A stretch of 64,000 nt of DNA. Origin: Tubulanus polymorphus (taxonomy: Eukaryota; Animalia; Nemertea). How positions within the stretch are numbered: the stretch's first letter is position 1; each line of letters begins with the position of its first letter. The position numbers and the translations under genes were made by a program. A model generated the notes under the pieces. It saw nothing but the letters and a program-made list of their open reading frames with translations. It had not been told where the DNA came from and made no database searches. Shown here in pieces: positions 1 to 14,600 of this stretch. Location of the stretch: contig NC_134031.1 in assembly GCF_964204645.1 (NCBI RefSeq), forward strand, positions 13,069,807 through 13,133,806, written 5' to 3'.

Positions 1-589
1 TTCATAGTCCCCTGGTGGCAGTTGCATGTTCTAATCATAATTGTTGGCATAATGCACATATGTTTATGTACTAAAACCAGCTTTGAAACCAAACTTAACA
101 CGTATACTCAATAAATATTAATTGATTTCTACAGACATTAATTTTTGGTATTCATTAACCATTTTGATATTATCACATCACTGTGACCTTGATCTGTTCT
201 ATCAAGACTCAATCTCATTCTGGTGAGTTGATCCACTGAACAAAGTAACAGAGATAAGAATGTATCACTACGCTAATTCGATTCAATAAATAATATGTTT
301 TATTGATATATTTGAATACATGTATAAGTTCTTGATCACTGATTATAATAAGCACTATTATCAATAAATCATAAATTGCTAGGCTGTTACAAACAAATGG
401 TCAGTAAATTTCTAGATTTGTAGACCAATTGGCAATAACAGTAAGCCTCTGGCCAAAGTTGATACTGGCGTTATTGGATTACGAAACCATTGAAGATTTG
501 CAGCTGAAAGCCAGACAGACATACAGACACATTCGATTGACTCCCCGTTTAGAGTGCAAAACAGTGTATGATATTGCATGGGGGGTCGG

Positions 590-1546
590 GCATCTTCACC
601 CATCAAGGGATTCAAACTCACTACGCTTAAAACTGTTCCCCAAACCTCATGACCTCGCGAGTTGTTAAGAGTCGTAATTGGCTGACCAGAATCCGGTCGT
701 ACCTATCACAGCACTTGTAACAAACAACATAAGGCTTCTGTTGGAATTCACGAAATGGACCAATCAGCAAACATTTAACCTAACAAGAAAGTATTTTGCA
801 AATCAGTGTACGACGTCATGCGCAAAAGCGCCAGTAATGAAATCACGCGTCGTGAGGATAGGGGGCTGGTGGGTGCGAGTTCGGGGAGCGATACGGGTCC
901 CTGGCAAGTGAGGATGGGAGTTGGATGAGTAGAACGTTGTGACGATATCTACCATGTTGAGAATTACCAGCTTACAATAGATCTGGCTATAAGAAAATTC
1001 CCATTTAGTGTGATCGCGCGACCAACCTATTGAAAACTATAAATAAAATCTCTATTAAGCCGATACAAATCAAACAGAAATACGTAAGAAAAGATATGCT
1101 TTGGCTTTGATCCATGCACCTACTGCACGCCAGACCAGCGCGTTACCCGCTGCTATTCGGGTCTATTCAATCGGGTCTATTCAATTCCGGGCTGATGTTA
1201 GTCTGAATCCGTGATTTACAGTTGAGTTTGAGGCTCAAGGTTGTCTGGTAATTTGTAGGCTTTTCGGGAAGTATTTTTATCAATGGATGACAATTCTTTA
1301 CGACATTCTGGTTGCTGTTTAGACCTGGTAATTACACGGGATTAATTCATAATAAATTACTAAACGCAAATTCGAAATGGTCAGACGCTAAGTTATATTA
1401 CTGTCAGAAATGAAAATTACGTTTATAAGCTGTTAGTAGTAGAATCTGAGAGGAGTTACATTTTATGAAAAAATTTTGGCTGGAAAGTGGAAATCTAATA
1501 ATCATGGGAATGACATGAGGGTTTCTGCGAAGCAGCAGAAACCCTA
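590..1546. mobile_element. Non-autonomous Helentron-associated element (HINE), AGGGTTTCTGC..GCAGAAACCCT hairpin family
   Basis: Inverted homolog of 44950-46000 and partial homolog of 54865-55023; terminal hairpin at about 1518-1546. Confidence 0.65.
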
Positions 1547-1965
1547 GTCATAATGTATCACAAAAATCTTTTTTTTAAAACTTTTATTTTCTTACAATAA
1601 CACACCTTAGATGTTTAAAATTATAACAAAAATTAGGGTTTATTATTTCAATCATAATTTTATGAATGATAATGTATTATTCAATAATAAAATATAATTT
1701 TACCAGCCCTGGTTTAAATATCCCCATAAAATTTCATGATCCTAGACGAAACACTTATGGAGTTATAGAAGCAAACAATTTCAGCGGCGTTGTCATATCA
1801 CAGAACACCAGAATCACAGAATATTCCAAAAGCAGGGAGGTTCATAGAAAATATGAATAGTCACAGGATTTTTATTCAGCAGCTGACCCATTTATCATTG
1901 AAGAAATCTATTCAATCAGCTGGGAAGACCTCAAGTCAAATACAGCGTAGTTAAGCAAGGGGTTA

Positions 1966-2593
1966 CAGGGGTTAGATTCTAAAAATTGTAGGAGCTCTAC
2001 TAATTAAGCACCTAGATTTGGTTAGGTGCTCAACTGGAATTTTGTTAATGTGACAAAACGAGCGCCGTAGGCGCGAAGTCCCTTGTGGGAGGGGGGGTGT
2101 GGGGGCCCTCCCCCTGAAAAATTTTGAACTCTAGGGGCTTGGAAACGCTATTTCCAGGCATTTTTCATCTTTGAATGCTGTTAATTAAATTACCCAAAGG
2201 ATGGAAAGTTTGTTTGCAATTCAGTTGAAAAAAATATCGCAGATTGTGGATCATGCAAATCTTCCAGTTTTCAGTATGGAGCAGGTAAGTTATCCCCTAG
2301 CTGGTTCCTCACAAGATCTGACACAGGATGCAACATGATAGAAGATGATTTTAGCTGGAACCTCCACACAGCAAGGATACTTATACTTATACTTATTTTC
2401 TATTTTACAAGTTATTGGGAAATCAATAAACTTTCTACTTTGCACCAAGGTCTTGGGAAATCAATAAACTTTCTACAATTTTGCACGTGCTATTGAATAA
2501 GACTTAGGTGCGCTGCGAGTAGCGCTTCTACCAGATATTTTACGTGCGCATAGGCGCGCGAGCGCGATTGCGCGCCTCAAAATCTAACCCCTG
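1966..2593. mobile_element. hAT-like MITE with 6-bp TSD
   Basis: TIR CAGGGGTTAGATT...AATCTAACCCCTG, flanked on both sides by GGGTTA. Confidence 0.75.
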
Positions 2594-2619
2594 GGGTTAA
2601 TTGTAATGAAAATACAAAC

Positions 2620-5600
2620 CTAAGTTAGAAGACTCCATGATTTCTAATAACATAGCAACAGTCTGATCAACATCAAAATCACTTTCTTCCAGTAAGTCCC
2701 GCACTAACCTCTCATTCTGCAAAAAAACAAAATTCAATATACAATGTATAGTATTAAAAGTCAATGAGCCGACTTTTTGGTCTCAGATTTCTACACCTCG
2801 CGTTCGATTATTCCACTAGGGTAGCTTAGAGATAACTTGGGGAAGGATTTGTTTTGTTTGTCATGTGGTACAGACGGCAGAGCCATACATAGTGGGGGGC
2901 AGTTGTCTCCAGGAATTTTGGAAATGTGCCATTTTAGCAAATATTAGGCTAATATAAATTGCCCATGGGCAAAGTGTGGTTTACCTTGAAAGCTAGAGGT
3001 TGTTTGGAATAAGGGCATTGCTTAAAAAATCTTTATAATTCGTGACTTCAAAGTTCCACAAGTTCATATTGCATTTTATCTTTCTTAAAGAATTATTTTG
3101 TAGTCAAATAAGACCAAAGATATACATTTGGTTACGGTCCGCGTCCAAAATTTTGTAGGGTACAGGTAGGCACAACAGGGAAACCATTTTATATTTTCAA
3201 AAAAAATATGTTTCACAATATGAAAAAAAATTCAAATAAGGCCATCCCAAAATAATTGTCTGTTTGCCGTAACACCGACTCAACTTTTCAGGATGTAGGC
3301 AGGTAGAATTTTTTTGCAAAATTTTTGGGCAAAAAAACCCCCCAAATTTATCACCTTTTTTACATTGAAACAATATCGCAGAAATCATCTACGTTGTGCA
3401 CTGGAAATTTGTCTAATAGCGTAGATTTCGAGAATTATTCCTTAATAATAACTTCGTCCAGATCGTCATCTCTGTGTTAAAAATGAAACAGTACATTGAA
3501 TATGTGCGCGCTTTTTCGTTACCAGCTTTAATATAGTCACTATTAGAATGAATGGCAGCTTATTGGAACACTGCCAGTTTCCTGGAAAACTTAAATTAGG
3601 CCACATGTTTTCACACGATGCACACTTGAATTCAAACATACGTAGCTCATACGTCGGCAGTGTGTCGGTCGGTCGGCCGTTTTTATCAAAAATAAAATTT
3701 ATTTCAATGAATCCCAGAAAAAAAGTTTTCACTTGGTACCTTTGCAGTCGGGTCGGTCGGGTTACGGCAAACAGACCATTAATATGGGATGGCTTAAATT
3801 CATATGATGTTACATGTAAGAGGGTGGCTGAATATTGGGTCTTGGAAACCTCTTCCAATAATGGCCGCGGAAGTTAAAATACCGGTACAGAAGAAATCGG
3901 CTATTAGATCGTTTTAAATCCTGGAATTTACGACTACAATATTCAGAACTCGACCTATACTTGTAGTTTGCTGCTTAATATTTTCAGGTCACAAGAAATT
4001 ACAATTTATTACAAATTCTATCAAACAGAAAACACAGCGCTCATCTTCTGCTACGATTATTCAGCCTATTTTCATGTCAAACGTGCACGCGTTACAGCAT
4101 CACCTTTAGTAGTGTACTGTACGAGCTTGTGTGTGTGTCGTGTAGCACTCCGCGCGCACGTGGTGGCCTCGTCTAGTGAATGTTCGCTTACACTTCAATG
4201 TCAATCAAGTCAATCACCGGGTATTAAAATGAAACAATACCTATGGCGGATGTGTGAAATAATTACATCCTCACCAGCAATGAGCATTTGAAATTAGCAC
4301 ATATACGGCACCTAGTCCAATGAACCGTTCGCCATTCTATGGCTTTCCCATAATTATTTTAGTAGCGCCGGAATTCCCCGTATATCCCAAAACAGCCAAT
4401 CCCATTCGCTCGTAGAGACGAGGCCCCCCCAATCGAGGTCATTGCAATTTTATACGCGAGAGCTAAGAATTTTCCCGCCAAAAACTCAGTTGACCATGTC
4501 ATCGACGGAGGTTCGTCATGTCTTCAATCGCATCGATTATACGTCGTTTAACCCGAGAACCAATGAAATAAATGCTCACATAAAAAAACGTACCGCGATT
4601 TTACATGAATTGGCTCAATGCCAACCTCATACTGCTGACAAAAGTCCAAAAATTATACCTTGTTTCTTACCAGCGGCTGGGTCGAAAAAACTCATGCTAA
4701 AAATTGGTAAAAATAAAATCAATAGCGAAAAGCAGGTTAGAATTTAATTTGAAACTAAAAACCAACCTGCCGGGTGAACATAAAATTTAATTGGGGCTGA
4801 TATTTATTATTTATTGTACATATATTAGGAGAAATTCATCGGAGTGACACGCGCACCACTCCACTGAATCCTTGCCCGGTAAAGAAAAGACTTAAGCAGC
4901 AGTAGCGCTGGTGAAGGTTCAAGGCCGTTCATGTTCATGGTGATTGAATTGAACATGATGCTGTTGAGTCTATAAAAAATCTATAGGGCCTTATTGGTTT
5001 CCTGTAACAGATTTCATTTTAGGAAAAGAATTTTGGTTTACCATGTATGTGTAGGAACTTCGTTCTCACGTTTGGGGCAACAGATCAATCTTTTCCCTCG
5101 GTCTTGATGATTTGAATGCAGAATAGAATTGAATTGGATTTTCTGAAATTTACTCAATCATACAAAATCTAATTGGATTTAATGTTCTATTTGTTCAATA
5201 AAGTAAAATTGAATGGGGTTCGATATTTTTTTGCAGAATAAAATTTGATTGAATTTGCAGTTTGAGCACATGGCTAATTAGCATATTAAGGTCATCCATC
5301 GGATTTGAGAAAAAGCTATTTTTACAAGACTTTGATAATTGCCAATGATATTTTCTGTAATACAAATAGATATATTCCTCCCAAAAACCAAATCAACTAA
5401 ACATTTCACAGAAATCAATCTTGAAATACAATTTTAAATCTTAAAACAAAACCCGGAAGTAAAACAGTAGATGATACCGCGGGTTCACCTGAACACCTGG
5501 TGATTTCTGCGTCTAAACCAATCACAGAGGAGTCTTTCTGATTGGCCTTTTAAAACCGATATTTTTGCGTTCAGATTTTTTCAAAATTCAACTCCGTAGG

Positions 5601-8600
5601 ATTTGGAGAATGGATAATGCATTAATGAATGATTTGAATGAATATATGCTCAGTTGCACAAAGAAGAGCCTATGCTCTGGAAACCATGTCATCTAAATTC
5701 ACTTCATTTGTATAGTAATAGGCTCAGCCTAAAGCCGGCCTAAAAATGGTTTTTAATAAAAATGAAATCCTGCCTGCCTAAGTTTCCACAAATCTTTTTT
5801 TTCCTAAATAAAAAAAAACCTGCCTGCCTGGTCACTTTGGTGAGTAGAGAAGGTGGCGAAACAAGGTATAATTTTTTTTAAGGCTTGTTGTTATATGCAA
5901 TTGAAATTTAATGCATAAGCCTTCACTTGGGACCAACAAACATTTTGAGGCATAACAGAGTTTTTGTCAAGGCATATAAAAAGGCTTAAAAGTAACCTCC
6001 TCAGCAAGTGGGTTACTTGAGGGAAAATGATGACCAATTACGGTGACATTAGCCTAACATACCTGTTACTATGTGGAGAATGTTGAACGTAGTGGTGGTG
6101 AATGTTCAATGGAATGACTTATTCCTGGGTGACTTAAACCAATATTGTTTGTTTATTTGCCACAACCCACTGCATTCGTTCATGTTACCCAATTAGTTTC
6201 GAATATAAGCGAATAAACAAATCTAAACTACTTCTAAATGATTGGGGTTGGTTTATTGGCATGGCAACACTAAGGCAGTGTTTTCCACGGGTCAAATTTA
6301 TAGCAGGGTGCAGTAAGAAATATTAAACTTATTCTGCAACAACGATGCAAGCACGGAAGGTGCGAAGCCATTGCGGGTGGTTTGGGGGTCCTCTCCCAAG
6401 AAATTTGTTTAATCTAATGCCTCCTCAGACTGTTTGAGACAGAAAACCACACTGGAATTCGTGAAAAGTCACATATGGTTTTAATGCTGGACGCCAAATA
6501 TCACAATATATCTATCGACGAAAACTGGGCGAGTGGCTCAGTTACTATGATGGTTGTCTATTTTTAGAGAAACTGACGACGACCTACGCACTGGAGACAA
6601 TGAATGCATGAACAAACACTTACATGCAATTTTTTCAGAAAATAAAGCGAGACTAACTTGATGTGTAAAATCTATTTTGATGAAATCAAATTGGACATAC
6701 GTTACAAGCAACAGCAACGAGGCAGCGGGGCGTGTAGTGAGAAGAAAATGCTTCAACACGTGGCCTAGTTTTATTTTTCCAGGAAACCAGGTACTTGGCA
6801 CTTGGCCAAGGATATGAATACATTATCACACTCACGCTAGCTATATCAATAAAAAATTCAAATAGCTCCAATCTTACTGAAAGAAAGCTTGTTGGAATGG
6901 TGAGGGCTCAAATAACAATATGCTTTTAAAATTTTTGAATTATCTTCAGTAGTTTTCGAGATATCGCAAATTGAAGTTTGAAAATTTGAGCGAAAAGTGT
7001 CTTCATGTTTCAATACACAAAAACTGTGATCTAAGAAGGCAATATTTCATGTAAACAAACTTCAATATCTCTTAAACTAAAGGAGATAGACTAGAAATTT
7101 AAAGAGCATTACACTCATAGCACTTTCAGGTGACAGTTGAAAGACCCAAAATTTTTGTCTGATTCCAAATGCCTATGGTTTCCATGGAAACCAGCCGAAA
7201 AATGGTAAAATAATGAAAATATTGATGTTAGATCAAAAGTTATGATGTAGAAAGGGGATAGAATAACTATTTATCAATAGTTTATGTTTGCCCTAAGTTT
7301 ATCTAGGAATATCTATTATTATATAGATTATTATTATTACGTTTCCATGGTAACGGCAAGAAAAAATGTGAAATATTGAGAAATATTGATATGATTTCAG
7401 ATGAAATTATTTTTTTCACTACATAAATTTTGAAATGAATAAACATGATAATCAAGGCCTGTCAGTTAGGTCTATAGCCATAGGCTCCTATTGAAAATTG
7501 ATTTAAATATACCAATTTTATATATTATTTGCTAAATGAATTTTAGTTTTTAGTAGAAAAGCAGAAAATTAGGCTTGGCCTAGCTCAAAACGCTGAAATT
7601 TGAAATATATTCATGATATCATAATAAAATCAATCAGTTTAGAAACATAAACCAAGCAATAGTAATAATACTACTAATAATAACTAAATAATAATCCATT
7701 TGTTTTGTTTTGAGCTAAATTTCAACAATATTTTATATATATTTCAATTTTGCTGCTTTTGGAAAATCCCCTCGGGAGCCTCACTGTCCCATCACGCGCC
7801 TCTATTTTTGCCCGTCACAAGCCTCAATTCATCCCATTAGACGCCTCCCTCTTTCAACAGCCACTTTACCGACGGGAGCGTAGTGGCGATCCGCGCGCAA
7901 AAAAAATATTCAGAAATATAGTGATGAATAATTATGAATCGGAAAATAAATACAATAATTTACCGCTAGACAGATGAATAATTGTTGAATATTGATCTCA
8001 TCACGAGCAGCGCGGCACATCGTCGTCATTCAATAACAAGTGCCGGCCGCCATTTTGTATCGCTCGCTTCAACGCAAAACTTCGACATCGACTTTTCCAG
8101 CAGTGATCGCTCAGCCCCGACACGAAATAAAATCATGCGGTCTTCAGTATTTGAATTTTAAGATCCTAAACCTTCCGATTCCTGATGATTCGTCGCTTAT
8201 TTCGGGTCCTAAGCTGACGAATTTTGCTCTTGAAAAAGGGTATATTTCGATTTCTATTTCCTTCGACTAAAATGCGGATTTATACACTAAACCAACCCCC
8301 AAGTGATAAAGATCGATCTTATTGGTTGATTCCAAAAGACTTTAGCTCATTTGCATTGATAGACAGGTTTTATGAATGATTTTACTACGCGATGTCAAAA
8401 CGCGTAGTAAAAACGCGCATCACACTTTTCCTAATCAATAATGGTTGTCACAATCGATAGTGGCGCCCCGCACGGACATGAACATACCTACTCACGCTGA
8501 GGCTGACTATCATTGCTATATATCACTTTTTTGATGTGTTACCTTTACTGGTTAATCTCAGCTCAAAGAAAATCCTACTAGATATATATGACACAATATC

Positions 8601-11600
8601 AATGATGCAGTCAACAAAAATGTATATAAACTTCCTTTGTACATTTATTGATGATCCACAGACGCTAAACAAACTTTACTGATCAGACACGTGCCATATG
8701 CAGCGCGCGCCCTCGAAGATACTGATAGTAGGCTCCAAACACTGAGCTGCCAATCATTCTAAAGACCGCCGTTATCTTAGAAGTTGCCTACGCTCCAACT
8801 ACTAGAACATTTCATGTATCCGATTTCACAACTTTGTAGGCACATCGTGATTAAGCTTCCCTTAAATTACGCATACGACAACGAAAAAAATTTAAGCAGG
8901 GTCGTAAAAACATTAGGCAGGGCGCTGATTTTTTAGCATGGCGGCATATAATTTTATGTTTATTATATTTACGGCATATAATAAAACAGCCCGTGGAGAA
9001 CACTGTAAGGCTAGCTTATGTCGGAGTATAGCGTAATGGATACTGGCACAACTGGATTCATTGGTTTAGCAGTTAAAATCCCCAATTCTTCAAAGTAGGC
9101 AAAATTCCCCACCTTTGGAATGGAGTGAAACAGATACATACAACCTTAAGCCATTAAAACATTAACATTAAACAATAAATGATAGTAAAAACACCAAAAA
9201 TTGTCATACAGCAAAATCATTGGCGATCTATCCAAATTCAGAGAATATTGGGAAAAATCATAGGAAATGGTAGGTACTTGAAGAAATACTAACTCCCCCC
9301 ACCTGCTATCCCAAAGGGCAATTGATAATCCACAATCAATAGCAGAGAAATGTGCACATGACTACCATAGATAAGGTAGAACTTGCTTAATTTGAATTTT
9401 TCAATCCGGATTTTCACTTAATTCAGATGAAATATTTGGTCTATTTAACCTGGAACCATGTAAACTATCATTCATAATTCGAATTTCATTTAATTTGAAG
9501 AAATCTGGGCAGTGCCTGATAGTCATCCGAATTAATTGAGTTCTATTGTACAGACTTACATCACATCCAGATTCCCTCATTACTAATTCAACAGTTGACT
9601 CATCATCCAGAATTCCATTTGTTGAAGGCACACTATCTTGATGATCATACCCATTTGTATACATGTGCTCCGCAAATTTCTTCTTTTCGTTTTCACTGAT
9701 ATCAACAGGATTCTGATTACAAAAAATACCACGCTATACTGTGATTTTTCATGATTTTAGTTTGATTTCAGCTGAAACTAAGCATGTGATATTTAGCATT
9801 TAGACGCAAAGCTCCACTGAGCAATCGTCCCATAGCAAAATTGCTAACTAGATAGATACCATGGCATTGTAACTTGAATCGCATGAGGCCAAGGCCAAAA
9901 ATTGAGTGTCTTAGTCTATGAAATCACATTTATAATACCTTAAGTTTTATGTATGCAGGCGTTTCTGTATTGTCACCAATTCTGCGTACGCTGGAATAAT
10001 GATCACCATTGTGGTAAGATATATGAAGTTCTCGACCTTTAGCATCTGTGGTACCTTGGATCTGGTGAAAGATTAAATACAAAACTTGTAGCTCATATTT
10101 CCGTGTAAATAATGGTCAAATCAGATGCACAGATGATCATAGTAACTGAGCCACTCGCCAATTTTTCGTTGATAGATTTATATTTTAGATATTTGACCTT
10201 CGGTGCTCGCGTCTTCGTTGCAGAACAAGGATAATATTTCATACTGCGCCCTGCTATAAATTTGATTCATGGAGAACACTGATCTACTACATACGATATA
10301 TTTATTATTTGAGTTGCAATTGTTTCAGGCTTCGGTCAAATCTAAACTGTACCTACTACTGGTACAGATCCTAGCAATGATCAATAGTTCGGCAGTGGTT
10401 ATTAATCCATGGGAGGCCTTCAACCCCATCCACTTATGCGATTTATTCTTATAAAAGCAACTATTGAAATTATGAAATGCTCCCTTGACATCATCCTTGC
10501 AATTGGCCTTTTACATATCACAAGATGAGAATGGTTTCTATTTTCTAATGAGTTGTTGTTTTGGTAAGATTATCATGAAACTTGCCCTGTTTGCTGTCAA
10601 TACTTGTTGTAGTGGTTTAAAGGAGCAGTTCAGTGGCGAGGATAGGTATCTTATAAAGGTTAGATAATGTGTGGACAGCGGATGTGTTGGTTGACACCAA
10701 ACAACTATCAATTTTCAGGTGGCTCAAACTGCTCTAAATGAATGAAACAAGTAGTTAGCGACATGAGGGACTCAGGACGTAATGATCAGCAGGTCATAAC
10801 TGTGTTTGGCAATAATATTGTTGTGATTGGCCAAGACTTTTAGTTAGCCTTAAATCTTCCATAGGTGACTCAACCTTAATCGCCATAGGTGAAAATTGTT
10901 GTTGAGCCGACCTCTGGCAAATAAAAAGTTAATGGGTAGATACGGGTATATATAATCTTCAGCCTTCCAAAATAACTGGATTCTGTCTACTGACAAAGAG
11001 CCTATCGGCTTATATAGCTCCGCTGTGTGATTAGAAGAAATGGAAGCTGCATACCTAGGGGTGCCCCCTTTTGGCCAAATCCAAAAAGGGCTCTGTACTT
11101 TGTAGGTATTGGTCCATAGAACATTCATACCAAATTTGGACTTGATCTGATTAAAACTGTAGGACTAATAGCAATTTGAATGAAATAGAAACTCCACCCC
11201 CAGTGGCACCCCCTGGTGGACAAATAAAAAAAATGGCTCTGTAACTTCATAGGCCATGGTCCATAGAACATTCACACATAATTTGGAATTGATCTGATTA
11301 TAACAGTAGGACTAGTAGCGATTTGAATAAACAGAAACTTCACCCCAAGGGGCGCCCCCGGGGGAAGAATCCAAAAAATGGCTCTGTAACTTTATTGGGC
11401 TTGGTCCATAGAACATTGATACCAAATTTGGAATTGATCTGATTAAAACTGTAGGACTAGTAGCAATTTGAAGATATAGGAACTCCAACCCCAGGGGTGC
11501 CCCCTGGGGGACGAATCCAAAAAATGGCTCTGTAACTTGATAGGCCTAGGTCCATAGAAAATTCATACCAAATTTGGAATTGATCTGATTAAAACTGTAG

Positions 11601-14600
11601 GACAGGTAGCGATTTGAAGAAATAGAAACTTTACCCCCAGGGGACGCCCATGGGGGACAAATCAAAACAAGAAGCCTGTCGGCTTATATAGCTCCGCTGT
11701 CTTTGTTGTGGCTTGGAGGATAGACTATCACATCAGTATCTATTTGAAACTAGATGTTCAGGGACATTATAGCCACTTGGAGAAGGGCCACAATACCAAT
11801 AATCATACTAACATACTCTAAACTGACAAACTGGAGGAGTAGCGATTGAAAGGAAAATCTAAAAAAGGCCTAATTTGCATAATTTATGCAAAATCAAAAA
11901 TATGGCTCTATACTTTTGTAGGCACTCCCCAATAGATCATTCATATGAAGTTTGGTTGAAATCTACTGAAAACTGGAGTAGAAGTAGCAATTTAAGTGAA
12001 AATCTAAAAATAGCCCTAATTTGCATAATTTATGCAAAATCAAAAGTATGGCTCTATACTTTTGTAGGCACTCCCCCATACATCATTCGTACCAAGTTTG
12101 GTTGATATCTACTGAAAACTGAAGTAGAAGTAGCGATTTAAGTGAAAATCTAAAAATAGCCCTAATTTGCATAATTTATGCAAAATCAAAAATATGGCTC
12201 TGTACTTTTGTAGGCACTCCCCCATAGATCATTCATACCAAGTTTGATTGAAATCCGCTGAAAATCGATGGAGGAGTAGCGATTTTAGTGAAAATCTAAA
12301 AATAGCCCTAATTTGCATAATTTAAGCAAAATCAAAATTATGGCTCTGTACTTTTGTAGGCACTCCCCCATAGATCATTCATACCAAGTTTCATCAAGAT
12401 CCCATCAGAACTGTAGGACTAGTAGGGATATAAAGACAAGAAGCCTGTCGGCTTATATAGCTCTGCTGTCTTTGTTGTGACTTGGAGCATAGACTATCAC
12501 ATCAGTATCTATTTGAAACTAGATGTTCAGGGACATTATAGCCACTTGGAGAAGGGCCACAATACCAATAATCATACTAACATACTCTAAACTGACAAAC
12601 TGTTGGAACTGAAGTCATAAGTGGAACAAACTGTAGTCCCCAAGTATAGGCACCAAGTGAAATTTATCAAAAATCTATGCAATTGCTTCGATATAGAATG
12701 GCTCTATTCTTTTGTAGGCACTCCCCAATAGATCATTCATATGAAGTTTGGTTGAAATCTACTGAAAACTGGAGTAGAAGTAGCAATTTAAGTGAAAATC
12801 TAAAAATAGCCCTAATTTGCATAATTTATGCAAAATCAAAAGTATGGCTCTATACTTTTGTAGGCACTCCCCCATACATCATTCGTACCAAGTTTGGTTG
12901 ATATCTACTGAAAACTGAAGTAGAAGTAGCGATTTAAGTGAAAATCTAAAAATAGCCCTAATTTGCATAATTTATGCAAAATCAAAAATATGGCTCTGTA
13001 CTTTTGTAGGCACTCCCCCATAGATCATTCATACCAAGTTTGATTGAAATCCGCTGAAAATCGATGGAGGAGTAACGATTTTAGTGAAAATCTAAAAATA
13101 GCCCTAATTTGCATAATTTTTGCAAAATCAAAATTATGGCTCTGTACTTTTGTAGGCACTCCCCCATAGATCATTCATACCAAGTTTCATCAAGATCCCA
13201 TCAGAACTGTAGGACTAGTAGGGATATAAAGAAAAAGTTGACGCCGGACACCGAACACCGAACGGACGGACGGACGACGACGACGAACCCCCTAACCCAT
13301 CAGCTCTGCTGACCTTCGGTCACAGCGGAGCTAAAAAAGTTGACGCCGGACACCGAACACCGGACGGACGGACGACGATGACGAACCCCCTAACCCATCA
13401 GCTCCGCTGACCTTCGGTCACAGCGGAGCTAAAAATGGCTCTGTAACTTTATAGGCCTTGGTTCATAGAACATTGATACCAAATTTGGAATTTATCTGAT
13501 TAAAACTGTAGGACTAGTACCGATTTGAAGGAAAAGTTGACAGACGAACAAACGAACGGACAGACGACGACGGCTCACCCCCTAACCCATTAGCTTCGCT
13601 GACCTTCAGTCACAGCGGAGCTAACGAGAAAGGATGGATGACAGATGAAAATTGAATCCAATAGTCACTGGGGGTTTGCCCAAGAGGGCTCAGAACACTG
13701 AAGGTCAATAGTTTTTTTTAACAGCGAAAACAAAACTATACTTACTACCCATGGAGGAGATAGATATTGATGAATCACGATATTCACTTCAAGAAGACGA
13801 GAAAAGGCTACGATAGCATCGTTACCAGCATAGGTACCAGGTTTTTTCAATAACATTACTGAAAGAGAGTTGTGAAGGATTTCAACACAGTCATCTTTAG
13901 CCTTAATTCTAGGATATTTTAGATGAAGAATAAGATTTCTTTCAAATACGGGGAAGCATTGACTTTTGAGCAGAAATGCGAAATTTTCATAGATGTTGCC
14001 TTGCCTTGGGCTGATAGGACACTGGCTGATAGGACACTCTCTATCAGTAATGTCTGTCCACTAATAGATGTATACTATAGCTATTTTGCATTTTGTATTC
14101 ATCAGAATTGAAATCCTGATTGAACGATAGTTCCGAAGATGCTATCCATTCATATTTTTGCTCCATTTTTATTAATTTCTTTTAAAAGTAATATCAGAGA
14201 GTACATACTGTGTCTGTCAAATGAAATATCATCTTCGACGAAAGGTTCAAAATCGCGTCTATTATCGATCATATATTGCACCGTTTCCAGACGTTGTTTT
14301 AGATGATTGCGACAATGACCTTCTAGCTGATCATCCAGTGCTCGAAATAAACAGTTTCTGAAATAAACGAACAATCCAACAGATTAGTTATTGTTTTCTA
14401 TATAAATCAATTTATCTATCATCGATGCTCGGCCTATATTATATGGTGTCTTCCCAGTTTGTCCCTTCCAATTTCACCCCTTATTTATTCCCATTTTGCC
14501 CCTCCCCAATTGGCCCCTTTCCTATTTCGCCCTTTACCCATTTCACCCCTTTCCCAATTTCACCCCTTCCCATTCTGCCCCTCTCCCATCTCCCCTTTCC

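Noticed and set aside
412-503. Possible terminal OTUD3 exon (acceptor CTTTCAG, AANLQWFRNP...)
   Set aside because: It is phase-compatible, but the peptide does not resemble the basic OTUD3 C-terminus and it abuts a repeat; transcript data are needed.
3197-8270. Short ORFs in the ORF track as genes
   Set aside because: No recognisable motifs; they lie in MITEs within an OTUD3 intron.
11090-13200. Regular repeats as a CRISPR array, and the duplicated ORFs at 11875, 12677 and 13109 as genes
   Set aside because: These are head-to-tail 146-bp units with no unique spacers inside HINEs in a eukaryotic intron; the ORFs are incidental.
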